A stretch of DNA of 46,840 nt from Kiritimatiellia bacterium (GTDB taxonomy: Bacteria > Verrucomicrobiota > Kiritimatiellia > RFP12 > UBA1067): NCBI GenBank assembly GCA_904502135.1, contig CAJGDE010000002.1, positions 1-46,840 on the forward strand, given 5' to 3'. The notes beneath the pieces are model-generated. The model searched no databases, was not told where the DNA came from, and was given only the letters and a program-made list of their open reading frames with translations. Shown one piece after another: positions 8,841 through 16,735 of the stretch; the stretch's first letter is position 1; every line of letters starts with the position of its first letter. Position numbers and translations under genes: made by a program.

Positions 8841-9248
8841 ATGGCGAGAAAAGAGCAGGAGAATCCCGCCCTCGATATGACGCCAATGATTGACGTTGTA
8901 TTTGAGTTGATTATTTTCTTCGTTGTTACAATCAAACAGGAAGATCTTTTTTCAAAGTTGAACGCCAATCGCCCGGCTCCGTCCTCTGGCGCGGCGTCAT
9001 CTGAACAAGATACGACTGTAACCATTGAAGTCGGAAAGGGGCGCGACGCGAACGGCGCTCTCGTTTACAATAAGGCGCCAATAAAACTTAAAGAACTTGA
9101 CAGAAACTTAAAGGAGGTTTCACGTACATCCAAGAAGACTCCAATCGTCATTAGATGTTCAGAAGACAGTCCGCATAAGGCTCTCGTTGACGTTCTTGAC
9201 GTTTGCTATCGAAACCAACTTTTCAGCGTCAGTATCTTTACAATGTAA
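8841..9248 (+). CDS. exbD: Biopolymer transport protein ExbD/TolR, paralogue 2
   Basis: The MARKEQENPALDMTPMIDVVFELIIFFVVT N-terminus is nearly identical at protein level to paralogue 1. The C-terminal region (PIVIRCSEDSPHKALVDVLDVC) is typical of the ExbD periplasmic domain. Confidence 0.9.
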   Translation: MARKEQENPALDMTPMIDVVFELIIFFVVTIKQEDLFSKLNANRPAPSSGAASSEQDTTVTIEVGKGRDANGALVYNKAPIKLKELDRNLKEVSRTSKKTPIVIRCSEDSPHKALVDVLDVCYRNQLFSVSIFTM

Positions 9249-9287
9249 TGTGATGGAATCGGTGAAGATCAGAACGGAGGAGAAACT

Positions 9288-11009
9288 ATGAGCGAAGTTA
9301 TGGAAATGGAAGAAACGCTTGAAGGCGAAGAGCTGTTAGAAGAAGAACTTACAGCAGAGGAAATATTTCAGCAGCATCAAGCCGAGATTAACGAGCGCTT
9401 TGAGGAAAAGGGCTTCTTTCGGCGGATGAAAGAAATGTTTCAGGGGCTTTCTATGCCCCGCAGTTCTGCCGAGTATAAACTTGCACGAACAGAACTTCAG
9501 CGCCTCGTTGCTCCGCTTTTAGCTGTTCTTTTGCCGACATTGGGTGTAATAACTCTTATTGTCGTTACCGCTATTACCGGTCAGACAAAAGAGACGATTC
9601 AAATAGATATTGCCAAAGCCGTTGAGGATGAAGCGCCTCTTGAGGACGAAACTCCTCCCGAGGAAATTGAGCCTGAGCCTGTTGATGAGACTGTCGAAGT
9701 AGTAGTAGATACGCCTGTTGTAGGCCCTGTAACGGACGTCGTTGTGCCGCAGGCTACGCCTGTGAATGAGCCTGTCAGCGTAAAGCCGGCAACTCAAGAT
9801 TCTGTAGCTATCATCAAATCTCCCGTCACTATGCGTTCTATGACCGGTTCAAGAACTCCAGGTTCTATCGGTAAATACACAAACGGCGGCGCTGGATATG
9901 GCGATAAAAATACTGAAGCCGCTGTCATGAAGGCGTTGAGGTGGTTTAAGAAAAAGCAGAATAAAGACGGTTCATGGGTGTCGATCGCCGATACGTCGCT
10001 TATCATTTTGGCGTATCTTGCTCATGGCGAAACTCCGGCCTCCGAAGAGTTTGGTGAGACGGTGATGAAAGCTATGCAGTTCTTGATAGATTCTCAGGTG
10101 ATAAAAAACGGGAAGGTTACTTTTAACAAGATAGATGGTCATGAATACACAACGCTTATCGCAACGTACGCGCTTTGTGAGGCTTACGGTATGACCAAAA
10201 ATCCCGTCTGTAAGGAGGCGGCTGAAAAAGCTCTGCAACGCATAGTCGATAATCAGTCCCCCACCGGCGGATGGGATTATAAACTGAACAAGGCTTCAAC
10301 CCGTGACGATTTGTCTTATGGCGGCTGGGCAATTCAGGCGCTTAAGGCCGGTAAGATGGCAGGTCTTCATCCCAAAGGGCTTGATGAATGTATCAAGAAA
10401 GCCATCCGCTGTCTTAAAACGCGCAACTTCAGAAGAGGCGGCTTTAACTATACGGCAGGCGGCGGTCCTACAGGGCTTACGGCGACGGGATGTCTTTGCA
10501 TGCAGTTATTAGGCTACGCGAATCAAAGTGAAGTGACCGAGGCTCTTGACTTCATGCGCAACTGGAAGCCCGGTTTTCAGGCTGTCGCCAAGTCTGCGAA
10601 ACCTCAAGGAGAGCTGCCGGGTTCCGCGCCTCAATACTATTGCTACTATGCCGCTCAGTGCAAGTATCAGGCCGGTATGTGCGAAGGGGCTACCGCTGCA
10701 AACAAGAAGACATGGGTCGAATGGAATGCCGCGATGAAAGCGCTCTATCCGCCTTCGATAATCACTCTTGAAGAGACGATTGAAGGTGTTGACGGAAAGC
10801 CCAAGCAAATCGGCTACTGGAAGGGTGGATATCACAACTCTTATATGGGAACAGCCCTTGTCGCTCTTCAGCTCATGGTTTATTATCGCTACTTGCCTAC
10901 AACTCAGACGAAGGCAGGCAAGGTGGAAAATCACGATGATGCCGAGGTATCTCAGCCTAAGGCTCAAAAAGCCGCCAAGGATGAGGTCGATATCGAAGTT
11001 GATATCTGA
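9288..11009 (+). CDS. Membrane-anchored protein with TonB/TolA-like architecture and a prenyltransferase/terpene-cyclase-like alpha/alpha-toroid C-terminal domain
   Basis: 573 aa, in four parts. (1) An acidic N-terminus. (2) One TM segment (aa 73-97, LVAPLLAVLLPTLGVITLIVVTAIT). (3) A Pro/Glu/Val-rich spacer (aa 112-168). (4) Repeated motifs ALRWFKKKQNKDGSW, ALQRIVDNQSPTGGWDY, SYGGWAIQALKAG and AIRCLKTRNFRRGGFNY, characteristic of prenyltransferase/squalene-cyclase repeats. GGAGG SD upstream. Confidence 0.75.
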   Translation: MSEVMEMEETLEGEELLEEELTAEEIFQQHQAEINERFEEKGFFRRMKEMFQGLSMPRSSAEYKLARTELQRLVAPLLAVLLPTLGVITLIVVTAITGQTKETIQIDIAKAVEDEAPLEDETPPEEIEPEPVDETVEVVVDTPVVGPVTDVVVPQATPVNEPVSVKPATQDSVAIIKSPVTMRSMTGSRTPGSIGKYTNGGAGYGDKNTEAAVMKALRWFKKKQNKDGSWVSIADTSLIILAYLAHGETPASEEFGETVMKAMQFLIDSQVIKNGKVTFNKIDGHEYTTLIATYALCEAYGMTKNPVCKEAAEKALQRIVDNQSPTGGWDYKLNKASTRDDLSYGGWAIQALKAGKMAGLHPKGLDECIKKAIRCLKTRNFRRGGFNYTAGGGPTGLTATGCLCMQLLGYANQSEVTEALDFMRNWKPGFQAVAKSAKPQGELPGSAPQYYCYYAAQCKYQAGMCEGATAANKKTWVEWNAAMKALYPPSIITLEETIEGVDGKPKQIGYWKGGYHNSYMGTALVALQLMVYYRYLPTTQTKAGKVENHDDAEVSQPKAQKAAKDEVDIEVDI

Positions 11010-12226
11010 TGAATTTTCCTTTCTTTCTGGCTTTTAAGTATCTTAAACCGAAGCGTTCCGTCGCTTCGGTTATAACGCTGGTGTCTATAATCGGCGTTAT
11101 GCTGGGTGTTGCCGTTGTTATAATCGTAAGATCAGTCATGACGGGTTTTGGCGATATCTGGGAAGAGAAAATACTTGATTTCAAACCTCATATATCGCTT
11201 GTGCCGTATTATGGCAATGTTATTTCGGGGGAAGACGAAATCGTCAAAAAGATCGTAAAAGTTCCGGGGGTAACCTGTGTCACTCCCGAGATTGATACGC
11301 GAATCCTCCTGGCGAATAAGGGTAGGGTGTCGGCTCCTGTCATTATCGGCGTTGACGGTGATGATTTTACGAAGGCATATAAAATCGGTCATCCAAAAGC
11401 GGGCGATTTCAATTTAGAGGGCGACAGCATCGTGTTAGGTGTGCATGTAGCGCGAACTTTGGGTGTTTGGGTCGGTGATGAGGTGACGGTGTATTCTCCC
11501 AAAACGCTTGTAGATAAGGATGAAATATTTTTACCGGTCAAATGGAAGGTGGTCGGAATTTTCCAATGCGGTCAGCATGATTATGATTCCGGATATGTCG
11601 TAGCGTCCCTAGCGAACGTAAGAGATCTCATGGGGATTGAAAAAGGCGTTTTCGCGATACATGTCAAAACCGATTGTCCTACAGACAAAGACCGATTCGC
11701 CGCCATTGTCAATGAAGCAAACGCGACGGGACTGCGTTCAATATCGTGGCGCGAAGCCGACCGCGAGATTTTCAATGCATTGGCTGTAGAAAAAAACATG
11801 ACTGCGCTTTTGCTCTCTCTCATTTCGCTTGTAGCTGTTTTCTGCGTGATGAATACGTTGCTCGTCTTGACGGTTCAAAAAACTCCCGAGATAGGGCTTC
11901 TGAAGGCTTTAGGTTTTTCAAAAACCAAGATAATGTCGGTATTTATCGTTCATGGGATGATGCAATGTACTGTTGGAATCGTTTTAGGGCTTTTGGCGAG
12001 CTGGGCGGTTTTGTCCAATTTGCAGAACATTGTTGAATATCTCGCAAAGATGGGCCTTGAGGTCTTCCCGGAGGCGGTGTATGGTTTAGCTTCCATACCT
12101 CATAGGCTTGTCGTTTCTGATATTTTCTGGGTAGTGGGTTCGGTTTTCATCTTTGGACTTCTCGCTTCAGCTGTTCCTGCCCTTGCCGCCGCCGTCAAAG
12201 ACCCCGTGAAGGCTCTTAACCAATAA
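11009..12226 (+). CDS. lolE: Lipoprotein-releasing ABC transporter permease (LolC/E family, FtsX-type)
   Basis: 405 aa. The N-terminus MNFPFFLAFKYLKPKRS is typical of LolC/E. It has a TM segment, a large periplasmic loop, and three C-terminal TM segments. The ATG overlaps the upstream TGA by 1 nt. Followed by lolD. Confidence 0.85.
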   Translation: MNFPFFLAFKYLKPKRSVASVITLVSIIGVMLGVAVVIIVRSVMTGFGDIWEEKILDFKPHISLVPYYGNVISGEDEIVKKIVKVPGVTCVTPEIDTRILLANKGRVSAPVIIGVDGDDFTKAYKIGHPKAGDFNLEGDSIVLGVHVARTLGVWVGDEVTVYSPKTLVDKDEIFLPVKWKVVGIFQCGQHDYDSGYVVASLANVRDLMGIEKGVFAIHVKTDCPTDKDRFAAIVNEANATGLRSISWREADREIFNALAVEKNMTALLLSLISLVAVFCVMNTLLVLTVQKTPEIGLLKALGFSKTKIMSVFIVHGMMQCTVGIVLGLLASWAVLSNLQNIVEYLAKMGLEVFPEAVYGLASIPHRLVVSDIFWVVGSVFIFGLLASAVPALAAAVKDPVKALNQ

Positions 12227-12242
12227 AAGTAACTTCTTCAAT

Positions 12243-12878
12243 ATGGTTGTACTCGGAGCGATTGATATAAAGAAACGATTCAAACTTCCAAGGCAAAAGC
12301 CTATAGAGGTTTTGAAGGGCGTCAATTTTTCGGTAAAGCCGGGCGAGAAAGTGGCTATTGTTGGCAGATCCGGGGCAGGCAAGTCTACGCTTCTTAATAT
12401 TTTAGGAGGCCTTGAAAAGCAGTCTAGCGGCACTGTGACCAAGCCGAAGAAAATAGGCTTTGTCTTTCAGCAGTATCATTTGATGCCTGAATTGACCGTT
12501 CTTGAAAATGTGCTTTTGCCTGCAATGGCTCTTGCGTCATGGTCTAATCCCATGTATAGGCAGGAGACTTCTCAGAGGGCTAAAAAGCTCATTGAAAAAG
12601 TCGGTCTTGGCGGCAGGGTGGAGCATCTTCCCGCTGAGCTTTCGGGCGGAGAGATGCAAAGGGTCGCTCTTGCACGGGCTTTAATAACAAACCCCGAGGT
12701 TGTTTTGGCTGATGAACCGACGGGAAATCTCGATGCGATGACTGGCGCTGAAATTTTGAAGATGCTGCAGAAACTTTCAGAGGGCGACGATGTTGCGCTT
12801 GTCATGGTAACTCACTCTCCGGAAGCTGCGGCCATATGTGATAGGATTCTTACTCTTTCGGACGGCAAGTTGGTTTAA
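12243..12878 (+). CDS. lolD: Lipoprotein-releasing ABC transporter ATP-binding protein
   Basis: Walker A GRSGAGKST, Q-loop, ABC signature LSGGEMQR, Walker B VVLADEPTGNLD, H-loop VTHS. Sits beside the LolC/E-type permease. Confidence 0.88.
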   Translation: MVVLGAIDIKKRFKLPRQKPIEVLKGVNFSVKPGEKVAIVGRSGAGKSTLLNILGGLEKQSSGTVTKPKKIGFVFQQYHLMPELTVLENVLLPAMALASWSNPMYRQETSQRAKKLIEKVGLGGRVEHLPAELSGGEMQRVALARALITNPEVVLADEPTGNLDAMTGAEILKMLQKLSEGDDVALVMVTHSPEAAAICDRILTLSDGKLV

Positions 12879-12886
12879 TTAAGGCG

Positions 12887-13183
12887 ATGTCTGACATTTT
12901 TTTTGAAGCTGACAAGATTCATTCTCGGCGCGAGAGAGAAAAAGCCAAGCAGTTGCGAAAGACTGATTGGTGGAAGGCGAAAATATCTTCTGGCGTATGT
13001 CACTACTGCGGCAGAAACGTGGGGCCCGAGAATCTTACGCTTGATCATGTTATTCCCGTTGGTCGCGGCGGATGTTCCACCAAAGGCAATTGTGTTCCTT
13101 GCTGCAAGGATTGCAACAATTCAAAGAGTGCGAAAACGCCCGCTGAAATGATTCTTGAAAAACTTTTTCCCGAAGGTATTTGA
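12887..13183 (+). CDS. Small stand-alone HNH endonuclease
   Basis: 98 aa. Carries CHYCG...LTLDHVIPVGRGG...NCVPCCKDCNNSK, an HNH motif with flanking Cys pairs (zinc-finger type). Its stop overlaps the ruvC ATG as TGATG. Confidence 0.85.
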   Translation: MSDIFFEADKIHSRREREKAKQLRKTDWWKAKISSGVCHYCGRNVGPENLTLDHVIPVGRGGCSTKGNCVPCCKDCNNSKSAKTPAEMILEKLFPEGI

Positions 13184-13674
13184 TGCTTATTCTCGGAGTA
13201 GACACTTCTTTAAGATCGACCGGTTATGGGGTTCTTTGCGTTGAAGGCTCCCGAATGAGGGCGATTGATTTCGGGAATATAAAAAATTCTCCGAAACTTC
13301 CAGTATCGCAGTGCTTAAAGGCGATACATTCTCGCATTCTTGAGCTGATTGAAGAGTATAAGCCCGATGTGCTTTCCATAGAATCGGTGATATACGCGAA
13401 AAATGCCTGTTCTATGCTGCTTCTCGGGCAGGCGCGCGGAGCCGTTATCGTGGCCGCCGCCGACAAATCCATACCGATTTATGAATATGAGCCTCGTCAG
13501 ATGAAGCGCGCCGTTACCGGAAACGCGATGGCGGAAAAAGAGCAGATTCAGCGAATGGTTAAAATGCTTTTGTCTTTGGAGACGCTTCCGCAGAATGATG
13601 CGGCGGACGCATTGGGTCTTGCGATATGCCATGCGCATTCCCGCTCGCTCCTTGCGCTTAAAGAGCCGATATAA
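13183..13674 (+). CDS. ruvC: Crossover junction endodeoxyribonuclease RuvC
   Basis: MLILGVDTSLRSTGYGVL...IESVIYAKN...AVTGNAMAEKEQIQRMV...NDAADALGLAICHA are the canonical RuvC catalytic-acid and C-terminal motifs. I prefer the ATG at 13183 over the TTG at 13180 in the ORF track. Confidence 0.95.
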   Translation: MLILGVDTSLRSTGYGVLCVEGSRMRAIDFGNIKNSPKLPVSQCLKAIHSRILELIEEYKPDVLSIESVIYAKNACSMLLLGQARGAVIVAAADKSIPIYEYEPRQMKRAVTGNAMAEKEQIQRMVKMLLSLETLPQNDAADALGLAICHAHSRSLLALKEPI

Positions 13675-13688
13675 GGTGGGGCATGAAG

Positions 13689-13718
13689 TTGTATTTTGGC
13701 AATGAAATATAGTATAAT
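13689..13718 (+). promoter_or_regulatory. Promoter of the lipid (DH-KR-KS-CLF-AT) cluster
   Basis: TTGTAT at 13689-13694, an 18-nt spacer, TATAAT at 13713-13718. The block ATATAGTATAAT is identical to the one at 3546-3557. The ATG at 13727 lies only 8 nt past the -10, with no SD. Confidence 0.5.
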
Positions 13719-13726
13719 GCGTTGAA

Positions 13727-14194
13727 ATGAGCGAATTTGACAGTTTAGCGAACTTATTGCCGCAGGCACATCCGATGATTTTATTGTCGGGCTATAAAAA
13801 TCCGTCTTCACCTGACGAAGTGGAAACATGGGTTGATATTTCGCCTGATTCGCCGTTTTATCTATCCGAGAACTCGGGTGTGCCGGGCTGCGTAGTTTTG
13901 GAATACATGGCGCAGTCGATGGCGTTATGCGTCGGATTTTTGCGGCGCAGTCGCAATCTTTCGCCGAAACTTGGTTTTGTTCTCGGCTCGCGAAAGCTCG
14001 AAATAAAAATACCTTATTTCAAAAACGGCGAGCGTTATCGCATAACAGCTAAGTGTACATATCAAGACGAGTCTTTCGGATCCTTTGATTGCAAGGTTTA
14101 TTCATCGGATGGCGAAGAGGTGGCCGCCGCGCAAATGACGGCTTTTCAACCGGAAGGCGATGTTACAAAAGAAAGTTTGGAGGCATTTTCATGA
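13727..14194 (+). CDS. Hotdog-fold 3-hydroxyacyl-ACP dehydratase-like protein (ApeI/ApeP-type)
   Basis: 155 aa. The N-terminal LLPQAHPMILLSG resembles the LPHxxPMxLLD motif of dehydratases in aryl-polyene-type clusters. Central VVLEYMAQSMAL helix. Sits in an operon with KR and KS. Confidence 0.7.
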   Translation: MSEFDSLANLLPQAHPMILLSGYKNPSSPDEVETWVDISPDSPFYLSENSGVPGCVVLEYMAQSMALCVGFLRRSRNLSPKLGFVLGSRKLEIKIPYFKNGERYRITAKCTYQDESFGSFDCKVYSSDGEEVAAAQMTAFQPEGDVTKESLEAFS

Positions 14195-14913
14195 AACGAG
14201 TGATTGTCACAGGTTCGAGTCGAGGCATAGGCAAAGCTGTAGCTCTCGATCTTGCGCGCAACGGTTACGATCCGGTATTGCATTGTGTTAAAAATAAAGA
14301 TGCGGCCGAGGCTGTCGCTCAAGAATTGCGGGCCTTGGGGCTTACGGGCGATATTTTGCAGTTCGATATCGCAGACAGAGCCATTGCCGAAAAAGAACTT
14401 TCTTCTTGGGTGGCGGAAAACGGAGCTCCCTACGCGGTCGTCTTGAACGCGGGCATAGCCGATGACGCGCCATTCCCCGGGATGGAGGGCGATCAGTGGG
14501 ATCGCGTCATCAGAACTGATCTCGACGGTTTTTACAATGTTTTAAAGCCTCTTGTTCTGCCGATGGTTCAAGCGCGAGCAAAAGGGCGGATAGTGGCGAT
14601 ATCGTCGATCTCAGGGGTGATCGGCAATCGCGGTCAGACAAATTATTCCGCGGCGAAAGCAGGCCTTATCGGGGCTTGCAAGGCGCTTGCGGTGGAACTT
14701 GCGAAGAGAAAGATAACGGTCAACTGCGTAGCCCCCGGCGTCATTGAAACGGAAATGATAGAAGGGATATTCGCCCAGGAGGTTATGAAGGCGATTCCAA
14801 TGCAACGCTTCGGCAAGGTTGAGGAAGTTTCTGCAGTAGTTCGTTTTCTTCTTTCGGAAGAAGCTTCATATATTACACGTCAGGTCATTCAGGTAAACGG
14901 AGGGATGTTCTAA
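14191..14913 (+). CDS. fabG: 3-oxoacyl-ACP reductase (SDR family)
   Basis: Start at ATG 14191 (MKRVIVTGSSRGIGKAVA), overlapping the upstream stop as ATGA. The track ORF start at 14089 is an in-frame extension into the previous gene. Has the NAG motif, the catalytic S...YSAAK, and a C-terminal GQVIQVNGGM. Confidence 0.9.
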   Translation: MKRVIVTGSSRGIGKAVALDLARNGYDPVLHCVKNKDAAEAVAQELRALGLTGDILQFDIADRAIAEKELSSWVAENGAPYAVVLNAGIADDAPFPGMEGDQWDRVIRTDLDGFYNVLKPLVLPMVQARAKGRIVAISSISGVIGNRGQTNYSAAKAGLIGACKALAVELAKRKITVNCVAPGVIETEMIEGIFAQEVMKAIPMQRFGKVEEVSAVVRFLLSEEASYITRQVIQVNGGMF

Positions 14914-16136
14914 TGCGTCGCGTCGTCGTAACAGGTATGGGTATCGTCAGTTCTCTCGGACACTCTATTTCTTCCGCCTACGAGAGATTGAAAACGCTCG
15001 AAAATTGCGTAGAAGCCTCGTTGGAGCTCTCTGAGTACAAAGGGCTTCAGACTTGTCTTTGGGCGCCTTCTAAATTTGTTCGTCCGAGCGAATATACGCG
15101 TAAAGTTGTTCGCACCATGAGTCCTGTTTCCATGATGGCTCTTTTCGCCACAGAAGAAGCTCTTCGCCAGGCGGGTCTTTACGATGATCCTGTCGTTAAA
15201 GGTGGACGGCTGGGTGTAGCGTACGGCTCGTGTTCTGGCGGAGTTGACGCCAACGCTGATTTTTACAGCGTGCTTATGGATCGGGAAATAAAGAACGTTA
15301 CGAGCGCTACGTACATCAAGATGATGTCCCAGACGTGTGCCGTAAATCTGTCAGTTCATTTTGGTACGACTGGCAGACTCCTTCCTACCGGAACTGCCTG
15401 CACGTCAGGGTCTCTAGCCATAGGAGAGGCGTATGAGGCTATAGCTTGGGGACGGCAGGATATGATGATCGCCGGAGGCGCTGAAGAGTTTAGCGCTACA
15501 CAAGTCGCCGTTTTCGATACGCTTTTTGCGACGTCTCGCCGGAACGACAGGGCGGACACGACACCGAGGGCCTTTGACAAAAACAGAGACGGGCTTGTCG
15601 TCGGCGATGGAGCGGCCACTCTCATTCTCGAAGAAAGAGAACACGCTCTTCAAAGAGGCGCGACCATCATTGCGGAAATCGCTGGTTTCGGAACAAATAC
15701 GGACGGCCGTCATGTAACCCAGCCAAGCGCGGTGACGCAGGCTCGGGCAATTATGTTGGCGCTTGAGGACGCTGAACTTTCGCCAAGTGACATCGGTTAT
15801 GTAAACGCCCACGGTACGGCTACCGAGCTTGGGGATATCACGGAATGTGAAGCGCTTAAGAGTGTCTTCGGAGAGACGAGCGTGCCGATAAGCACGATAA
15901 AGAATTATACAGGCCATACTCTCGGCGCTTGCGGAGCGATAGAGGCGGCTATGACAATTGAGATGCTGCGCAACGGCTGGTATGCGCCCAATCTAAATCT
16001 CGACGAGGTTGATCCCCGGATAGAAGGTCTTGATTTTATCAGGGGTTCTGGCAGAGTTATCGATACGGAATTTGCGATGTCCAACAATTTTGCTTTCGGC
16101 GGTGTCAACACTTCTCTTATTCTGCGCAGAGCATGA
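14913..16136 (+). CDS. Beta-ketoacyl-ACP synthase (KAS I/II type, Cys-His-His)
   Basis: 407 aa. Active-site Cys in GTACTSGSLAIGEA, His residues in NAHGTATELGD and YTGHTLGACG, and a C-terminal NNFAFGGVNTSLIL. The start overlaps the fabG-like stop as TAATG. Confidence 0.92.
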   Translation: MRRVVVTGMGIVSSLGHSISSAYERLKTLENCVEASLELSEYKGLQTCLWAPSKFVRPSEYTRKVVRTMSPVSMMALFATEEALRQAGLYDDPVVKGGRLGVAYGSCSGGVDANADFYSVLMDREIKNVTSATYIKMMSQTCAVNLSVHFGTTGRLLPTGTACTSGSLAIGEAYEAIAWGRQDMMIAGGAEEFSATQVAVFDTLFATSRRNDRADTTPRAFDKNRDGLVVGDGAATLILEEREHALQRGATIIAEIAGFGTNTDGRHVTQPSAVTQARAIMLALEDAELSPSDIGYVNAHGTATELGDITECEALKSVFGETSVPISTIKNYTGHTLGACGAIEAAMTIEMLRNGWYAPNLNLDEVDPRIEGLDFIRGSGRVIDTEFAMSNNFAFGGVNTSLILRRA

Positions 16137-16735
16137 AACGTTATCTGACATTATCGGCATGCGCTGTTTTAAAAAGCGCTGAGAGTTTGGATGTGAAGTT
16201 TGTGCCGCCTTTGATGCTCAGGCGATTGTCCGCGCTTCAGAAGATTTATTTCCATCTGGCGAAAGCTGTTGAAAAAAATCCCGCCGCAAGCACTGTTTTT
16301 TCGTCGCGTGACGGTGAAGATTCGTTAACGCGCCGTCTTGTGGATGAGTTTCATGAAGAGGCAACCGTCTCACCGCATCGCTTCAGCGCGTCGGTCTATA
16401 ACGCGGCTCCCGGGCTTTGGAGCGTTTATACCAAAAATCGTGCGCCGTACACGGCCGTTGCCGCAGGGGAAGACTCCATCGAGTGCGGTCTTTTGGAGAT
16501 TCTCGGCGATTCCGGAGCGCGTATGTTTGTCTATGCCGAGGAGACGGGTGGAGGTTACGGTGCTTCACTTTTCTTTGATGACGATCCTTCCGGGCGAAAA
16601 CTTGTTGTCACCGGCGGAGATCCTTCAAGAAAGTCCGTGACGTTTACCGATCTTTGCGATTTTATTTCAGGAGCCAAAACGTCTCTTGACGGACGGTGGA
16701 TTACTATAAAGGATGCCGCATGCGAAGAGCGGTGA
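16133..16735 (+). CDS. KS-like protein lacking the catalytic Cys (chain-length-factor type, Ketoacyl-synt_2-like)
   Basis: 200 aa. SPHRFSASVYNAAPGLWSV resembles the SPxxFxxSVHNA motif of KS N-terminal-like partners in APE-type clusters. There is no C-H-H triad. ATGA overlap with the KS gene. Confidence 0.65.
   Translation: MKRYLTLSACAVLKSAESLDVKFVPPLMLRRLSALQKIYFHLAKAVEKNPAASTVFSSRDGEDSLTRRLVDEFHEEATVSPHRFSASVYNAAPGLWSVYTKNRAPYTAVAAGEDSIECGLLEILGDSGARMFVYAEETGGGYGASLFFDDDPSGRKLVVTGGDPSRKSVTFTDLCDFISGAKTSLDGRWITIKDAACEER

Noticed and set aside
8191-8886. Long antisense or alternative-frame ORFs listed in the track. Examples are 8191-8886 (-), 1152-1532 (-), 17948-18484 (-), 26763-27312 (-), 31106-31966 (-) and 42438-43037 (-).
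   Set aside because: Each lies wholly inside a confidently identified gene on the other strand or in another frame. They have low-complexity, Arg/Ser-rich translations and no SD or promoter. They cluster where GC is high, which fits shadow ORFs rather than overlapping genes.
12887-13674. The HNH plus RuvC pairing as a split Cas9/IscB-like effector or a restriction system.
   Set aside because: The RuvC ORF is a canonical 164-aa Holliday junction resolvase with all the usual motifs. There is no guide RNA-like structured region, CRISPR array or methyltransferase nearby. The HNH protein is too small to carry recognition domains.
14089-14190. N-terminal extensions offered by the ORF track: 14089 for fabG-like, 8294 for exbD, 20353 for pal, 21332 for tatC, 40127-40330 for proC, 41365-41373 for dsbD, 13180 for ruvC and 3247 for rpsU.
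   Set aside because: The extensions overlap the preceding gene or lack family-typical sequence. Internal ATGs give canonical N-termini (Rossmann GxGxxG, lipobox, EHL motif, signal peptide) with SDs or stop-start overlaps.
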